DNA of 64,000 nucleotides, taken from Macrostomum lignano (Eukaryota). The notes under the pieces were generated by a model. The model was not told the origin of the DNA, did no database searches, and saw only the letters and a list, made by a program, of their open reading frames with translations. The stretch covers positions 1-64,000 of the forward strand of contig NIVC01002735.1 in the NCBI GenBank assembly GCA_002269645.1, read 5' to 3'. Within the stretch, counting starts at the first letter, position 1, and every line of letters starts with the position of its first letter. Of the stretch, positions 42,027 to 53,800 are shown one piece after another. The translations under genes were made by a program, and so were the position numbers.

Positions 42027-42808
42027 TGCGGCTGACCAGTTGGTGTCGGGCACACCGCGGCGGAGTGACCCTTGCCTGAGCACCGGCTGCAGCGACTGCC
42101 GATCGCCTTTGGGCACCGCCTAGCGATGTGACCTGGCTCGCCGCAGCTGAAGCACTTACTGGGTCCCTTCTGACGCCTGTCTCTTCCGGGTTGTCCCGTT
42201 CGCACGCTGGCTGTCAGCTGCTGCATCTGCTGCTCCAGCTGGCTCAGCCGTCTGTCTTCTACCGACACCGCGGCTGATGAGGCTGTAGTTGCGTGGCTCA
42301 CCAGCTCAAGCTGCGCAGCTCTGTCGACGATGGCGGCCAGCGAACACGAGTCCGCGTCCTGGTCCTTCAACAGCGCATCTCTCACGGCAGATGGCAGGAG
42401 GCGCATCAGGCGAAACTTCACGTCCTTTTCCCGAGCCGCCACGGAGTCGTCCGGGCGGGCCCGAAGGTGGAGAAGCTTCAGGCTGTAGGCGAGCTCCCTC
42501 AGCGACTCGTTGGGCTGTCGCTTTCGCTCTACAAAATCCTCCATTGCTCTGTAGCAGCTCAGACTGTTGCCGAAGCACTCGATCAGCTTCTCCTTCAGCC
42601 TTTCATAGCTGGCTGACACGTCTGCCGGCTGCTCCCAGACGAAGATTTGCGCTTCTCCTGTCACCAGCAGTCTCAGCTTCTTTGCCTTCTTCTTGTCGTC
42701 CCATTCACAGTCGTCGGCGAAGTCTTCAAACGTGCTTAGCCACATTCTCACGTTGGAGTCGCCGCTGAACTTTGGAGGCAATAAACTGGCTTGCTCTGAT
42801 TTGGCCAT
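42014..42808 (-). CDS. gag: Gypsy Gag with two CCHC zinc knuckles
   Basis: MAKSEQ..PPKFSGD..WL..FE; CFSCGEPGHIARRC, CSRCSGKGHSAAVC; TGA at 42014. Confidence 0.92.
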   Translation of the reverse strand: MAKSEQASLLPPKFSGDSNVRMWLSTFEDFADDCEWDDKKKAKKLRLLVTGEAQIFVWEQPADVSASYERLKEKLIECFGNSLSCYRAMEDFVERKRQPNESLRELAYSLKLLHLRARPDDSVAAREKDVKFRLMRLLPSAVRDALLKDQDADSCSLAAIVDRAAQLELVSHATTASSAAVSVEDRRLSQLEQQMQQLTASVRTGQPGRDRRQKGPSKCFSCGEPGHIARRCPKAIGSRCSRCSGKGHSAAVCPTPTGQPQGNF

Positions 42809-42814
42809 ACTGAG

Positions 42815-42827
42815 ACCGCTGCCACCA
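42815..42827 (-). promoter_or_regulatory. Primer-binding site, probably tRNA-Leu
   Basis: TGGTGGCAGCGGT, 1 nt after the 5' LTR, complementary to the ...ACCGCTGCCACCA 3' end of tRNA-Leu(AAG) as remembered. Confidence 0.8.
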
Positions 42828-42828
42828 G

Positions 42829-43028
42829 TGTAAGACCGTGGGTTGAATTGCAGTGACGAACACAACACGTGAGGAGACCTCACTGGCTCACGCCAATATA
42901 TTTAATATACCAAAGTTGGGGTGGGTGTAACCACCCCAAGCACGCACACGCTGCAGCTCTAAACGCCATCCCCCAAAACAGCCAGACGTGCACATCTAAG
43001 TGCACGCGCACCAACAAGCCAGCCTACA
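42829..43028 (-). repeat. 5' LTR of Gypsy element
   Basis: Identical by eye to 38073-38272; adjacent to the PBS. Confidence 0.95.
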
Positions 43029-43096
43029 CTACTATCAAAGATCCCACTATCCCCAAATTTGAAGCCATCCAATGTCTGAATAAATCACTTGCCCAC

Positions 43097-46000
43097 CTGT
43101 TTGCGGTCAAGAAGAGTTTCTGCAGGCTGCGGCATTTCTGCGCCAGCTCGGCCAGACAGCCGGTTGACGAGTTCACCCGGGTGCACCAGCCGATGTCCAG
43201 CTCCAGCAGGCCCGGGCAGCCGTCCGCCAGCGCCGTCACGCCGAGGCAGCCGAGGCCGCGACTGCGCCACAGGTCCAGGCTGAGCAGGCCACGGCAGCAG
43301 GCGGCCAGCTCCACCACAACGCCGTCGGCAAAGTCGGTCATGACCGGGCAGGCGCCCAGGTTGACGTGGCGCAGGTCGGGGTTGGCGCGGATCAGCGCCA
43401 GCAGCTGCTCCAGGCCGATGCCGCAGCGGTAGAGGTTCAGGCGGCGCAGGCGGCGGAGGCCGGTGGCCAGGGCGGAGAAGCCTAAGACCGTTGTCCTGGC
43501 GGAGTTGCAGCCGGATAGGTCGAGCTCTGCACACCGGATGACGCGTCAGTCCGTAATAAAACTTGAGCTCTTTAATTTTTTGATCTGTTATCAATAGTCT
43601 CGGTTCCATTTCCTCGATGAGCAACCCCAAATGTGCCCGCGATTCATTGCTGAGAGTTTAAACTGCTGACAGGTCAGACTGCTGACAGGTCAGACTGCTG
43701 ACAGGTCAGACTGCTGACAGGTCAGACTGCTGACAGGTCAGACTGCTGACAGGTCAGACTGCTGACAGGTCAGACTGCTGACAGGTCAGACTGCTGACAG
43801 GTCAGACTGCTGACAGGTCAGACTGCTGACAGGTCAGACTGCTGACAGGTCAGACTGCTGACAGTTCACTGCCCCCAATTTACTTCCTACTCACCATTCA
43901 GAGCCGGGCAGCTCTCTGCAATGGCGGTCAGGCACGTGTCGTCAAGAAAACCGCAGCTCGCCAACCGCAGAGCCGTCAACTGCCGCCCGACGCGAGCGCC
44001 GTCGTCAAGTCGGCAGTTGACGAGCTGGCAGAAGGTGGCCGGCCCGACTCCGGAGCACCAGGACAGCTCCAGCTGGCGGCAGGCGGTCAGCCGCTCGGCC
44101 AAGGACAATAAGTGGTCGTCCTTGAGTCGCAGGCAGTACGGCCGCAGACTGAGGCTCCGGTACAGCAGCGGGTCGGCACTGAAGTGGTTCAGCAGGCGGC
44201 AGGTCTGGCCGAGGCGCAGCAGCGACTGCAGGTCCAGCAGGCCGAGCAGGCGGCTCAGCAGCTCCGACGGCCAGCGGCCGAACCAGCCGGCAGAGGCGGC
44301 CGGGTCGGCGGAGTCGCCAGCCGGGCCGGCGGCGTCCACCAGGCTTAGCGAGGCGACCTTCCGGTTGATGCCGCGTAGCTTTGAATGGGAGCACCTGACA
44401 CCCTAATTGGGGGCACCTGAGACCCTAATTAGGGAAACCACCTGACATCCTAATTGGGGGCACCTGACACCCTAATTAGGGAAACCACCTGACACCCTAA
44501 TTGGGGCACCTGACACCCTAATTAGGGTAACCACCTGACATCCTAATTGGGGGCACCTGAAACCCTAATTAGGGAAACCACCTGACATCCTAATTGGGGG
44601 CACCTGAAACCCTAATTAGGGAAACCACCTGACATCCTAATTGGGGGCACCTGACACCCTAATTGGGGAACCTGACACTCTAGTCCGTCGCACCTGATAC
44701 CTTAATTATGGTATCTTGTGACACTTAAAAAATTGGGCAATCAGATTACCAGACACTACATGGGGGCATGTAATACTTCAAACTGGAAAGACCGACATTT
44801 CAAAAGTGGGGCACCTGACAGTAAAGTAAACAGCTGACACACCAATTGAGATTCACCTCTGACACATCAGTTTTAGATTCAGTTTAGATTCAGCTGACAC
44901 ACCAATTAGATTCGGCTGACACACCAATTAGATTCAGCTGACACACCAATTAGATTCAGCTGACACACCAATTAGATTCAGCTGACACACCTATTAGATT
45001 CAGCTGACACACCAATTAGATTCAGCTGACAAACCAAATAGATTCAGCTGACACACCAATTAGATTCAGCTGACACACCAATTAGATTCAGCTGACACAC
45101 CAATTAGATTAAGCTGACACACCAATTAGATTCAGCTGACACACCTATTAGATTCAGCTGACACACCAATTAGATTCAGCTGACAAACCAAATAGATTCA
45201 GCTGACAAACCAAATAGATTCAGCTGACACACCAATTAGATTCAGCTGACACACCAATAAGATTCAGCTGACACACCTATTAGATTCAGCTGACACACCA
45301 ATTAGATTCAGCTGACAAACCAAATAGATTCAGCTGACAAACCAAATAGATTCAGCTGACAAACCAATTAGATTCAGCTGACACACCAATTAGATTCAGC
45401 TGACACACCAATTAGATTCAGCTGACACACCAATTAGATTCAGCTGACACATCAGTTTAGATTCAGCTGACACACCAATTAGATTCAGCTGACACACCAA
45501 TTAGATTCAGCTGACACATCAGTTTAGATTCAGCTGACACACCAATTAGATTCAGCTGACACACCAATTAGATTCAGCTGACACATCAGTTTAGATTCAG
45601 CTGACACATCAGTTTAGATTCAGCTGACACATCAGTTTAGATTCAGCTGACACATCAGTTTAGATTCAGCTGACACACCAATTAGATTCAGCTGACACAC
45701 CAATTAGATTCAGCTGACACACCAATTAGATTCAGCTGACACACCAATTAGATTCAGCTGACACATCAGTTTAGATTCAGCTGACACACCAATTAGATTC
45801 AGCTGACACATCAGTTTAGATTCAGCTGACACACCAATTAGATTCAGCTGACACACCAATTAGATTCAGCTGACACACCAATTAGATTCAGCTGACACAC
45901 CAATTAGATTCAGCTGACACACCAATTAGATTCAGCTGACACACCAATTAGATTCAGCTGACAAACCAATAGATTCAGCTGACACACCAATTAGATTCAG

Positions 46001-48585
46001 CTGACACACCTATTAGATTCAGCTGACACACCAATTAGATTCAGCTGACAACCAATAGATTCAGCTGACACACCTATTAGATTAAGCTGACACACCAATT
46101 AGATTAAGCTGACACACCAATTAGATTCAGCTGACACACCTATTAGATTCAGCTGACACACCAATTAGATTCAGCTGACAACCAATAGATTCAGCTGACA
46201 ACCAAATAGATTCAGCTGACACACCAATTAGATTCAGCTGACACACCAATAGATTCAGCTGACACACCTATTAGATTCAGCTGACACACCAATTAGATTC
46301 AGCTGACAAACCAAATAGATTCAGCTGACAAACCAAATAGATTCAGCTGACAAACCAATTAGATTCAGCTGACACACCAATTAGATTCAGCTGACACACC
46401 AATTAGATTCAGCTGACACACCAATTAGATTCAGCTGACACACCAATTAGATTCAGCTGACACATCAGTTTAGATTCAGCTGACACACTAATTAGATTCA
46501 GCTGACACACCAATTAGATTCAGCTGACACAACAATTAGATTCAGCTGACACACCAATTAGATTCAGCTGACACACCTATTAGATTCAGCTGATACACCA
46601 ATTAGATTCAGCTGACACACCAATTAGATTCAGCTGACACACCAATTAGATTCAGCTGACACACCTATTAGATTCAGCTGACACACCAATTAGATTCAGC
46701 TGACACATCAGTTTAGATTCAGCTGATACACCAATTAGATTCAGCTGACACACCAATTAGATTCAGCTGACACACCAATTAGATTCAGCTGACAACACCA
46801 ATTAGAAGACCCACCTGTTCAGCCAGCGGTTGCACAGCCGCCTCTTGATCGCCAGAGTCAATCCCCGCAGTGCCGATGAGCTCAACCGTGTCAATCTCCG
46901 TGTAGTACGCAGCCAGACAGCAGTTGAACTCCAGCCGCAGCCGGTTCACCAGCCTGTTGGGCGGTACGGGCGGCCAGCAGCTGTCTGTGGGCGGCTCGAA
47001 CACTCGGGACGCGTGCGGCTCTTTGCTGGGCCCCGGCCGGCGCCACACCCGGTGCCACAGGTCGGCTTCAGCGTCGGCACCTTCCGGCGCTAGCGAGCGA
47101 GCGAACACGGCCACCAGGCAGCCGGGCACGAAGGTCTCGTAGACGCGGATACGCTGGAGCCGCACTGGCTGGCTGTACTCGACTTCGACGAAGTCCTCGG
47201 AGCAGTAGCCGGCTGGGAGGCTGCCCGGCCTTGTGCCGATTGGGGGTGCGGCTGATGGTGCCTGCGACCACCATGGGCCATAGTAGCGCTGCAGTGCGGC
47301 CATGGTGGTGGAGTGCATGGTAAAATACATCTATGAGGTACAAAAAGCACTATACCAAAAATACCCAAACTTAAGAGCTTGATGAACTTTTATCTATCTT
47401 GTAAATTTCTAAACAAATTTAATTTATATTTTAGACAGAAGACATACAAAACTTGGAAATCCATCAGTGCTAAAGCGCTTATCTGAATAAATAAAAAACA
47501 TTGTAAACAGTACCTAATATGCTAAATTTAATAGCCATGCAAATCAAAGGCCTTATAGTGACCTTCGCGAAAGTTCGATGCATTTGAATTATTTAATTTC
47601 TAGAAATTTCCCCGTAGAGTACAAATTAAATTCTCGAAATTTCTCTCACAGTAACTAATTTCAATACTCGCATTTATAATTATTCAATTTATAATTTATT
47701 ACAGTAAAGCAGTACTACAATTAATGCAAATCTAATAGGAATCAATAATTAATATTTGTTTCGTTATAATGCTTAGAATTTTCTGATGTTTCCGGTGATG
47801 CTCCTGATGGCTATAAATATATGGTGCCCACAACAGATAATCTTTACTTCCTTACTTCTTCTCCATACTTCTTACTTTTGATTAAATAAAATAAGAACCA
47901 CCGCCTATCTCTTTTCCTTTTCTTTTATTTACTTTGAATCCTTACAGCCTGATGCACATATATTTTTTGTTTTTTTATTTGCCATTTGGGTTTCACATAA
48001 ACTAGTTTCACTTTTTATTAGTTGCCAATATATTTTAATAGCTATATATGCTTGTATACATATAGAACTTAGCATATTTTTTAAGAAGTTAATGGTTTTA
48101 AAGTTGAATTTAAATTTTACTTCATTGAAAGAAACATTAATTAAAAAATATTTTTATACTACTTTTTAATCTTAGTGTCATTGTCATAGTCATGTGTATA
48201 GATTTGTATATATTATCTGTGCACAAATGATGTATGCATTGAGTGATTTTATTGTTAAGCATGAAATGTTTTGGCCAACAAAAAGAGACAAATATTTAAC
48301 AATTTCTAGGTATTAGAAGTACAAATGCTAGGAAAAAGATAAAAAACTGAGATCAGCAAGCAAGCAAAGCAAGTAGCAAATCTTTTAAACTAAACTTACA
48401 AGAACACATGCTTCGCAGAAGTCTCCATAGCGAGGATAGACAGATGGGCCAGTTCCAACCAGTTGTCTGACTGAGTATGAGCCATCTTCTGAACCATATT
48501 GAGAGCTGAATGCAACAACTTTACAAGGAAACTGTCTAATGGGTTTTTTATTCAACAATATGTCTTCAGAGACACTTCTTTGCAT
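43097..48585 (-). CDS. FBXL4: F-box/LRR-repeat protein 4 orthologue (final exon not visible)
   Basis: Exons 48400-48585, 46815-47288, 43895-44378, 43097-43526, phase-consistent. KVVAFSSQYGSE..YS...G.PSVYPRYGDF, RYYGPWWSQAPSA, SEDFVEVEY, VYETFVPG, RLEFN...YYTEIDTVELIG, F-box FGRWPSELL..LLDLQSLLRLGQTCRLL, LRRs ending LQKLFLTANR; all match remembered FBXL4 motifs. Confidence 0.9.
43664..43864. repeat. 16-bp minisatellite CTGCTGACAGGTCAGA (FBXL4 intron)
   Basis: Direct reading. Confidence 0.96.
44391..44680. repeat. ~23/46-bp minisatellite CACCTGACACCCTAATT(GGGGG/AGGGAAAC)
   Basis: Direct reading. Confidence 0.88.
44885..46806. repeat. 22-bp minisatellite TTAGATTCAGCTGACACACCAA (~1.9 kb)
   Basis: Direct reading. 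Confidence 0.97.
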
Positions 48586-50119
48586 CTTTGTATAATTGTA
48601 TTCTTATTCTAGTAGAAAATAATATAAAAAGAGCTACATAGACATTTATCTTCACTCTTCAGTACTTTCTTGAACTGCCTTATCTCCAGTGCCAGTGATT
48701 CAAAACTAGACGTGGATGTGAACCTTACTAAAGAAAAGTTTACATAGAGCTAAACGAATACATATGATTAGTAAATTGAAAGTCAGCTACTTTTTTAATA
48801 TTATAAATGCAAACGCAAAACACTGAACTTGATAAAGCTATGCTGTTGAATTGAACTAAATATAAAACTCTGCCCATATTAAACAAGTACCAGATAATGA
48901 AAACATGGGCTGAAAAAACAAAGCTTGTACAAAGATGTTCCAATTATATAAGCAAATATTTGTGCAAAATTTTAAAATTATTTTTATATTCACAACTTAA
49001 AAACTTATTTTAATTGTTTCATTTGTTATAGTAGTCTAAAAAGAAACAAAAAACCGTTAGTCGTATATCATCAAAACTTTTCTAGAGACAGTTGCTGGTT
49101 AATGGGTTATTTTTCCATTTTTTAATTTTTCCCACTAAAAATACTAACAAAACAAGACACATGACACATTGATTATTTTATAGCTACATGACAAAACTAG
49201 TTATTTATCATTCCCACCAGTTCTATGGAACGGTATAGAAATACAGTACAGTAATATGTTTTCTAGAAATTTCACGCGGGTTTTTTGAAAGGATGCGAAT
49301 TAATTTCGAAAAGCAAGCATTTTTTCACTTTGATAGGTGCAAGCCTAAAATTATAGCGGCTGTGCCGTTGGCAGTTTGCTTTAATATCTAACCCCCTAAT
49401 CCACTTTGCATTTGGTCAGGAGTATATATTTTATCTCTATAGTTGGTAATAGATTCTCTATGTTACCGTACATGTTAATTCTATAAAAGCACACGCCAAG
49501 TGTCGAAAAGAGAAAGAAAACAAAAACGATTATTTCACGTGAGCACATTATCAAGGAAGATAGGCTGCACTAGGCTACTTATGTATGGAATTAATTGTAC
49601 GATTATATTTTTGGTCTCAGGACGGAGAAGTCATTAGTAAAGGATACAAGTTCTGTGGAAGGATAATAATACATGCAATTATACTTGGCAAAAGGAAAGT
49701 AATTAACAAAAAGCCCAAATTTATTGTAGCTTTTAATAAGCAACCGATTTAAATTGCTATTTAAGTCTTAAATAATTGAAACGCTTAAAAATTGGAGAGT
49801 TGACAATAAAATGATGCCAGGCATAGATGATGGCTGTCAAAGCCCGCTCGTAGCGCTCAGCGTTAAATGGCACAAAATTAAGCAAATAAATGGGACAGTT
49901 GGCACCTCTTCATCCGTGCCCGATGCTGAAACTCGCCGCCTGAGCCTGGACTGAAAAAGTGCTTTTATACACTCAATCGAAACATTAGCTAGTCAGGCCA
50001 GCTAAAAATAGAGAACTAATTGATTTTGCGCTAAACACATGCTAGCGAACGGAAATTGTCTAAATATGGGTGCATGTACTCGTAGATGAGATCGGCACTG
50101 CCATGGAGTAGTGCCACAC

Positions 50120-50856
50120 AGCATGACATGGTGTGACATAACACTACATGACATGACATGACATAACACTACATGACATGACATGACACTACATGACATG
50201 ACATGACATGACACTACATAATATGACATGACATGACATGACACTACATGACATGACATGACACTACATGACATGACATGACATGACACTACATGATATG
50301 ACATGACATGACATGACACTACATGACATGACATGACACTACATGACATGACACTACATGACATGACATGACATAACACTACATGACATGACATGACACT
50401 ACATGACATGACATGACATGACACTACATAATATGACATGACATGACATGACACTACATGACATGACATGACACTACATGACATGACATGACATGACACT
50501 ACATGATATGACATGACATGACATGACACTACATGACATGACATGACACTACATGACATGACACTACATGACATGACATGACATGACACTACATGATATG
50601 ACATGACATGACATGACACTACATGACATGACACTACATGACATGACATGACATGACATGACACTACATGATATGACATGACATGACACTACATGATATG
50701 GCATTACATTAAATGTCACTACATGGCATGACATGACATGACATGACACTACATGATATGACATGACATGACATAAAATTACATGACATGACACAGCATA
50801 ACATGACATGACATGACATGGTACTGCACGACATGACACAGCAGAGCATTACATGA
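50120..50856. repeat. (ACATG)n pentanucleotide satellite directly after the CEP95 stop
   Basis: Direct reading. Confidence 0.95.
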
Positions 50857-50859
50857 CAA

Positions 50860-53800
50860 TCACACGGCATGGAGCCGCGGCGGTTCGGCCATCCTGGAGT
50901 AAAGCCTGGCGAGCACCTGGTCGGCGTCCAGCTGCCTGAAGTGGGCATCGTCTTGGTCGCGAGCCAGCTGCTCCTGGATGTCGCGCACCTCGGTCTCCAT
51001 GCGGCGGCGAAGGTCGCGGGACAGGCCGCGCACCAGGTGGTCGTGAGCTCGCTCCCGGACCTGCAGCTCGCGCCGCTCAGTGGCCAGAGACTCGGCCAGC
51101 ATGGCGAACCGGTCCCTGTAGAAATTCTCCATCGAGGCCACTTCGTCCGCCGTCCGCTTGTGCAGCTCGGCTTGATGGTCCCGGGCTCGAGTCCGGTGCT
51201 CGCGAATTCGCTGACGCTGCAGCTGCAGCGCCTCAGTGAACAGGCGGCGAAAGACCTGACAAGGAGAGATGAGCTGAGATGATGGATGCTGGTTTGCACT
51301 GGCTGTACAGTAGTGAGACAGCGCCCGGTGAAGTGGCCTCAGTGAGAGGATTCTAAGAAATATATTTCTTAAATGGAAAATCTAAGAAATTATATAAAAA
51401 ATAGGGATTCTAAGAAATCTAAGGATGATCTCTAAGAAACCAGGATAACAAATTGGGATTCTAGCAAATCCGGATATTTGAAATTGGGGTATCTACGAAA
51501 TCACGGAATTTCAAATGTGGATTCTAAGAAACCTGAATGTTTCAAATGTGAATTCTAAGAAATTTGGATACTTCAAATGTGAATTTTAAGAAATCTGTAT
51601 TTTTTAATAGCGATTGAAGATATTTCAAATAGGGACTCTAAGAGACAAGAGATTTAAACTGCGACTCTAAGAAAAGAGAGATGTAGCTCGTAGAATGCAG
51701 ATTTCGAGAAAAATGGGAGACTCAAGGATAAAATTGGGATTCTATGTGAATGATAAGAACATGGACTTTGGGCTGGGCTGCTGCTAAGATCAAAGTGCTC
51801 TCAAACTGCAGGGAAGCTGCAAAAGCAGACAAAAGTGCAAATTAAAACACGAATGGCGGTCAGTCACAATCAGGCGATCAGGCAAAAAGGTGGGGCCTGA
51901 GCTGCTGAAAGGAAGCCACTCAAAAGCAATTATATTATAGGCGGAAGAGCCTTCTCAGCACTTCTCGAGCTCCGAGCAGGAGTGACCTAGAGGTGTCATC
52001 TCCTCCCTGACTAGTGCATATTACTCGAGAGATCGCAGGGTCGAGGGGCTCAACGACCGGCCCTCTTTTTTCTGGAAGCCCCGCACACAAGCGGCTTCCT
52101 TAATTCTAGAGAAGTTTGCTAAAGTTGCACCTCGATTCAGTGCGGAAACTAATTTTTCCATACATATCGCCAGATGAGAAAATATATGGAATTTAAACTG
52201 GAGAAAATAGCTGATACATAAGAGCTGACAGACAAGAACTGACACATAAGAACTGGTCAGTTGCCTCTCAATAATAAGAAATTGATTACACCTGCCCTGC
52301 AGCTGCAGCTTTTGCGCGGCGCATCTGAAGGCTGCGTACGGCTGTTCAGTCCAAGGACTGGGGGGGGGGGTCGCCACACGCACCCTCAATTACCCCAGCT
52401 AATGCCGGCACCCATTTTACAGCTGGGTGAACTGACGCAATGCAGAGTTGAGTGCCCTCAAGAACTGGTCAGTTGTCCTCAAGAACTGGTCAGCTGTCCT
52501 CAAGAACAGGTCAGTTGTCCTCAAGAACAGGTCAGTTGTCCTCAAGAACAGGTCAGCTGTCCTCAAGAACAGGTCAGTTGTCCTCAAGAACAGGTCAGTT
52601 GTCCTCAAGAACTGGTCAGTTGTCTTCAAGAACAGGTCAGTTGTCCTCAAGAACAGGTCAGTTGTCCTCAAGAACAGGTCAGTTGTCCTCAAGAACAGGT
52701 CAGCTGTCCTCAAGAACAGGTCAGCTGTCCTCAAGAACAGGTCAGCTGTCATCAAGAACAGGTCAGTTGTCTTCAAGAACAGGTGACAGGTCAGTTGTCC
52801 TCAAGAACAGGTCAGTTGTCCTCAAGAACAGGTCAGTTGTCCTCAAGAACTGGTCAGCTGTCCTCAAGAACAGGTCAGTTGTCCTCAAGAACAGGTCAGC
52901 TGTCCTCAAGAACAGGTCAGTTGTCCTCAAGAACAGGTCAGCTGTCCTCAAGAACAGGTCAGTTGTCCTCAAGAACAGGTCAGTTGTCCTCAAGAACAGG
53001 TCAGTTGTCCTCAAGAACAGGTCAGCTGTCCTCAAGAACAGGTCAGTTGTCCTCAAGAACAGGTCAGCTGTCCTCAAGAACAGGTCAGTTATCCTCAAGA
53101 ACAGGTCAGTTGTCCTCAAGAACAGGTCAGTTGTCCTCAAGAACAGGTCAGCTGTCCTCAAGAACAGGTCAGTTGTCCTCAAGAACAGGTCAGTTGTCCT
53201 CAAGAACAGGTCAGCTGTCCTCAAGAACAGGTCAGTTGTCCTCAAGAACTGGTTTTCTGTCTGAGAAGCGGCCGTAGCGCCGGCCCTGGGCGGATGGCCC
53301 TGGCAAATGAAACAAAGTGCAAATCCGGCCCGCTTTCAATGCGGATTAATTAAAACTCCCAGTCTTACAGGGATTCACTTTGAGGAAGAGTGTCCGGTAA
53401 TCAGGTCGGTAAAGGCCTCAGTCAGAAAAAAGTACATCAAGGTACTTCTAAGTCTCACCTGCTCCTCCACAGACCGCTTGGCCAGCATGCGAGCCCGTTG
53501 CCTGGCAACGAACTGGTCATAGTACTGCCTGGCCTTCGCCGACTCACTGCGCCGCTCCCGATCGAGAGCCCGGACTCGAATCGCCGCCGCGCGCCTCTCC
53601 GACTGCTCGCGCTGCCGCTCCGCAGCGGCCGCCTCCCGCCTGAGCGACTCCACCAGCAGCCGCTGCCGCCGCTCCGCGTCCGTCACAACAGCCGCCGCCT
53701 TGTTCCCGCGGCCGCCGGCGCCTCGGCTAGCCGAAGCCGCCGTGGCGGCCATGTGGCGGCTGTGGCGGTCCAGGCGGTCCCGCATCTGCCTGAGGGTGGC

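Larger units (their letters stand above)
38073..43028 (-). mobile_element. Full-length Ty3/Gypsy LTR retrotransposon (4,956 bp)
   Basis: Two 200-bp LTRs (TGTA...TACA), CTAC TSD at 38069-38072 and 43029-43032, PBS, PPT, gag and PR-RT-RH-IN pol order, no env. Confidence 0.97.

Noticed and set aside
38590-42123. Plus-strand ORFs of 283-431 aa inside the retrotransposon, as possible env or antisense genes
   Set aside because: Shadow ORFs of GC-rich pol with no TM segment or recognisable motif; there is no room for env before the PPT.
44391-44680. CCCTAA hexamers as interstitial telomeric repeats (also near 38050-38066)
   Set aside because: They are isolated hexamers inside a longer unit, not tandem (TTAGGG)n.
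44885-46806. Regular 20-41-bp repeats as possible CRISPR arrays
   Set aside because: Units are head-to-tail with no unique spacers, there are no cas genes, and the context is eukaryotic introns.
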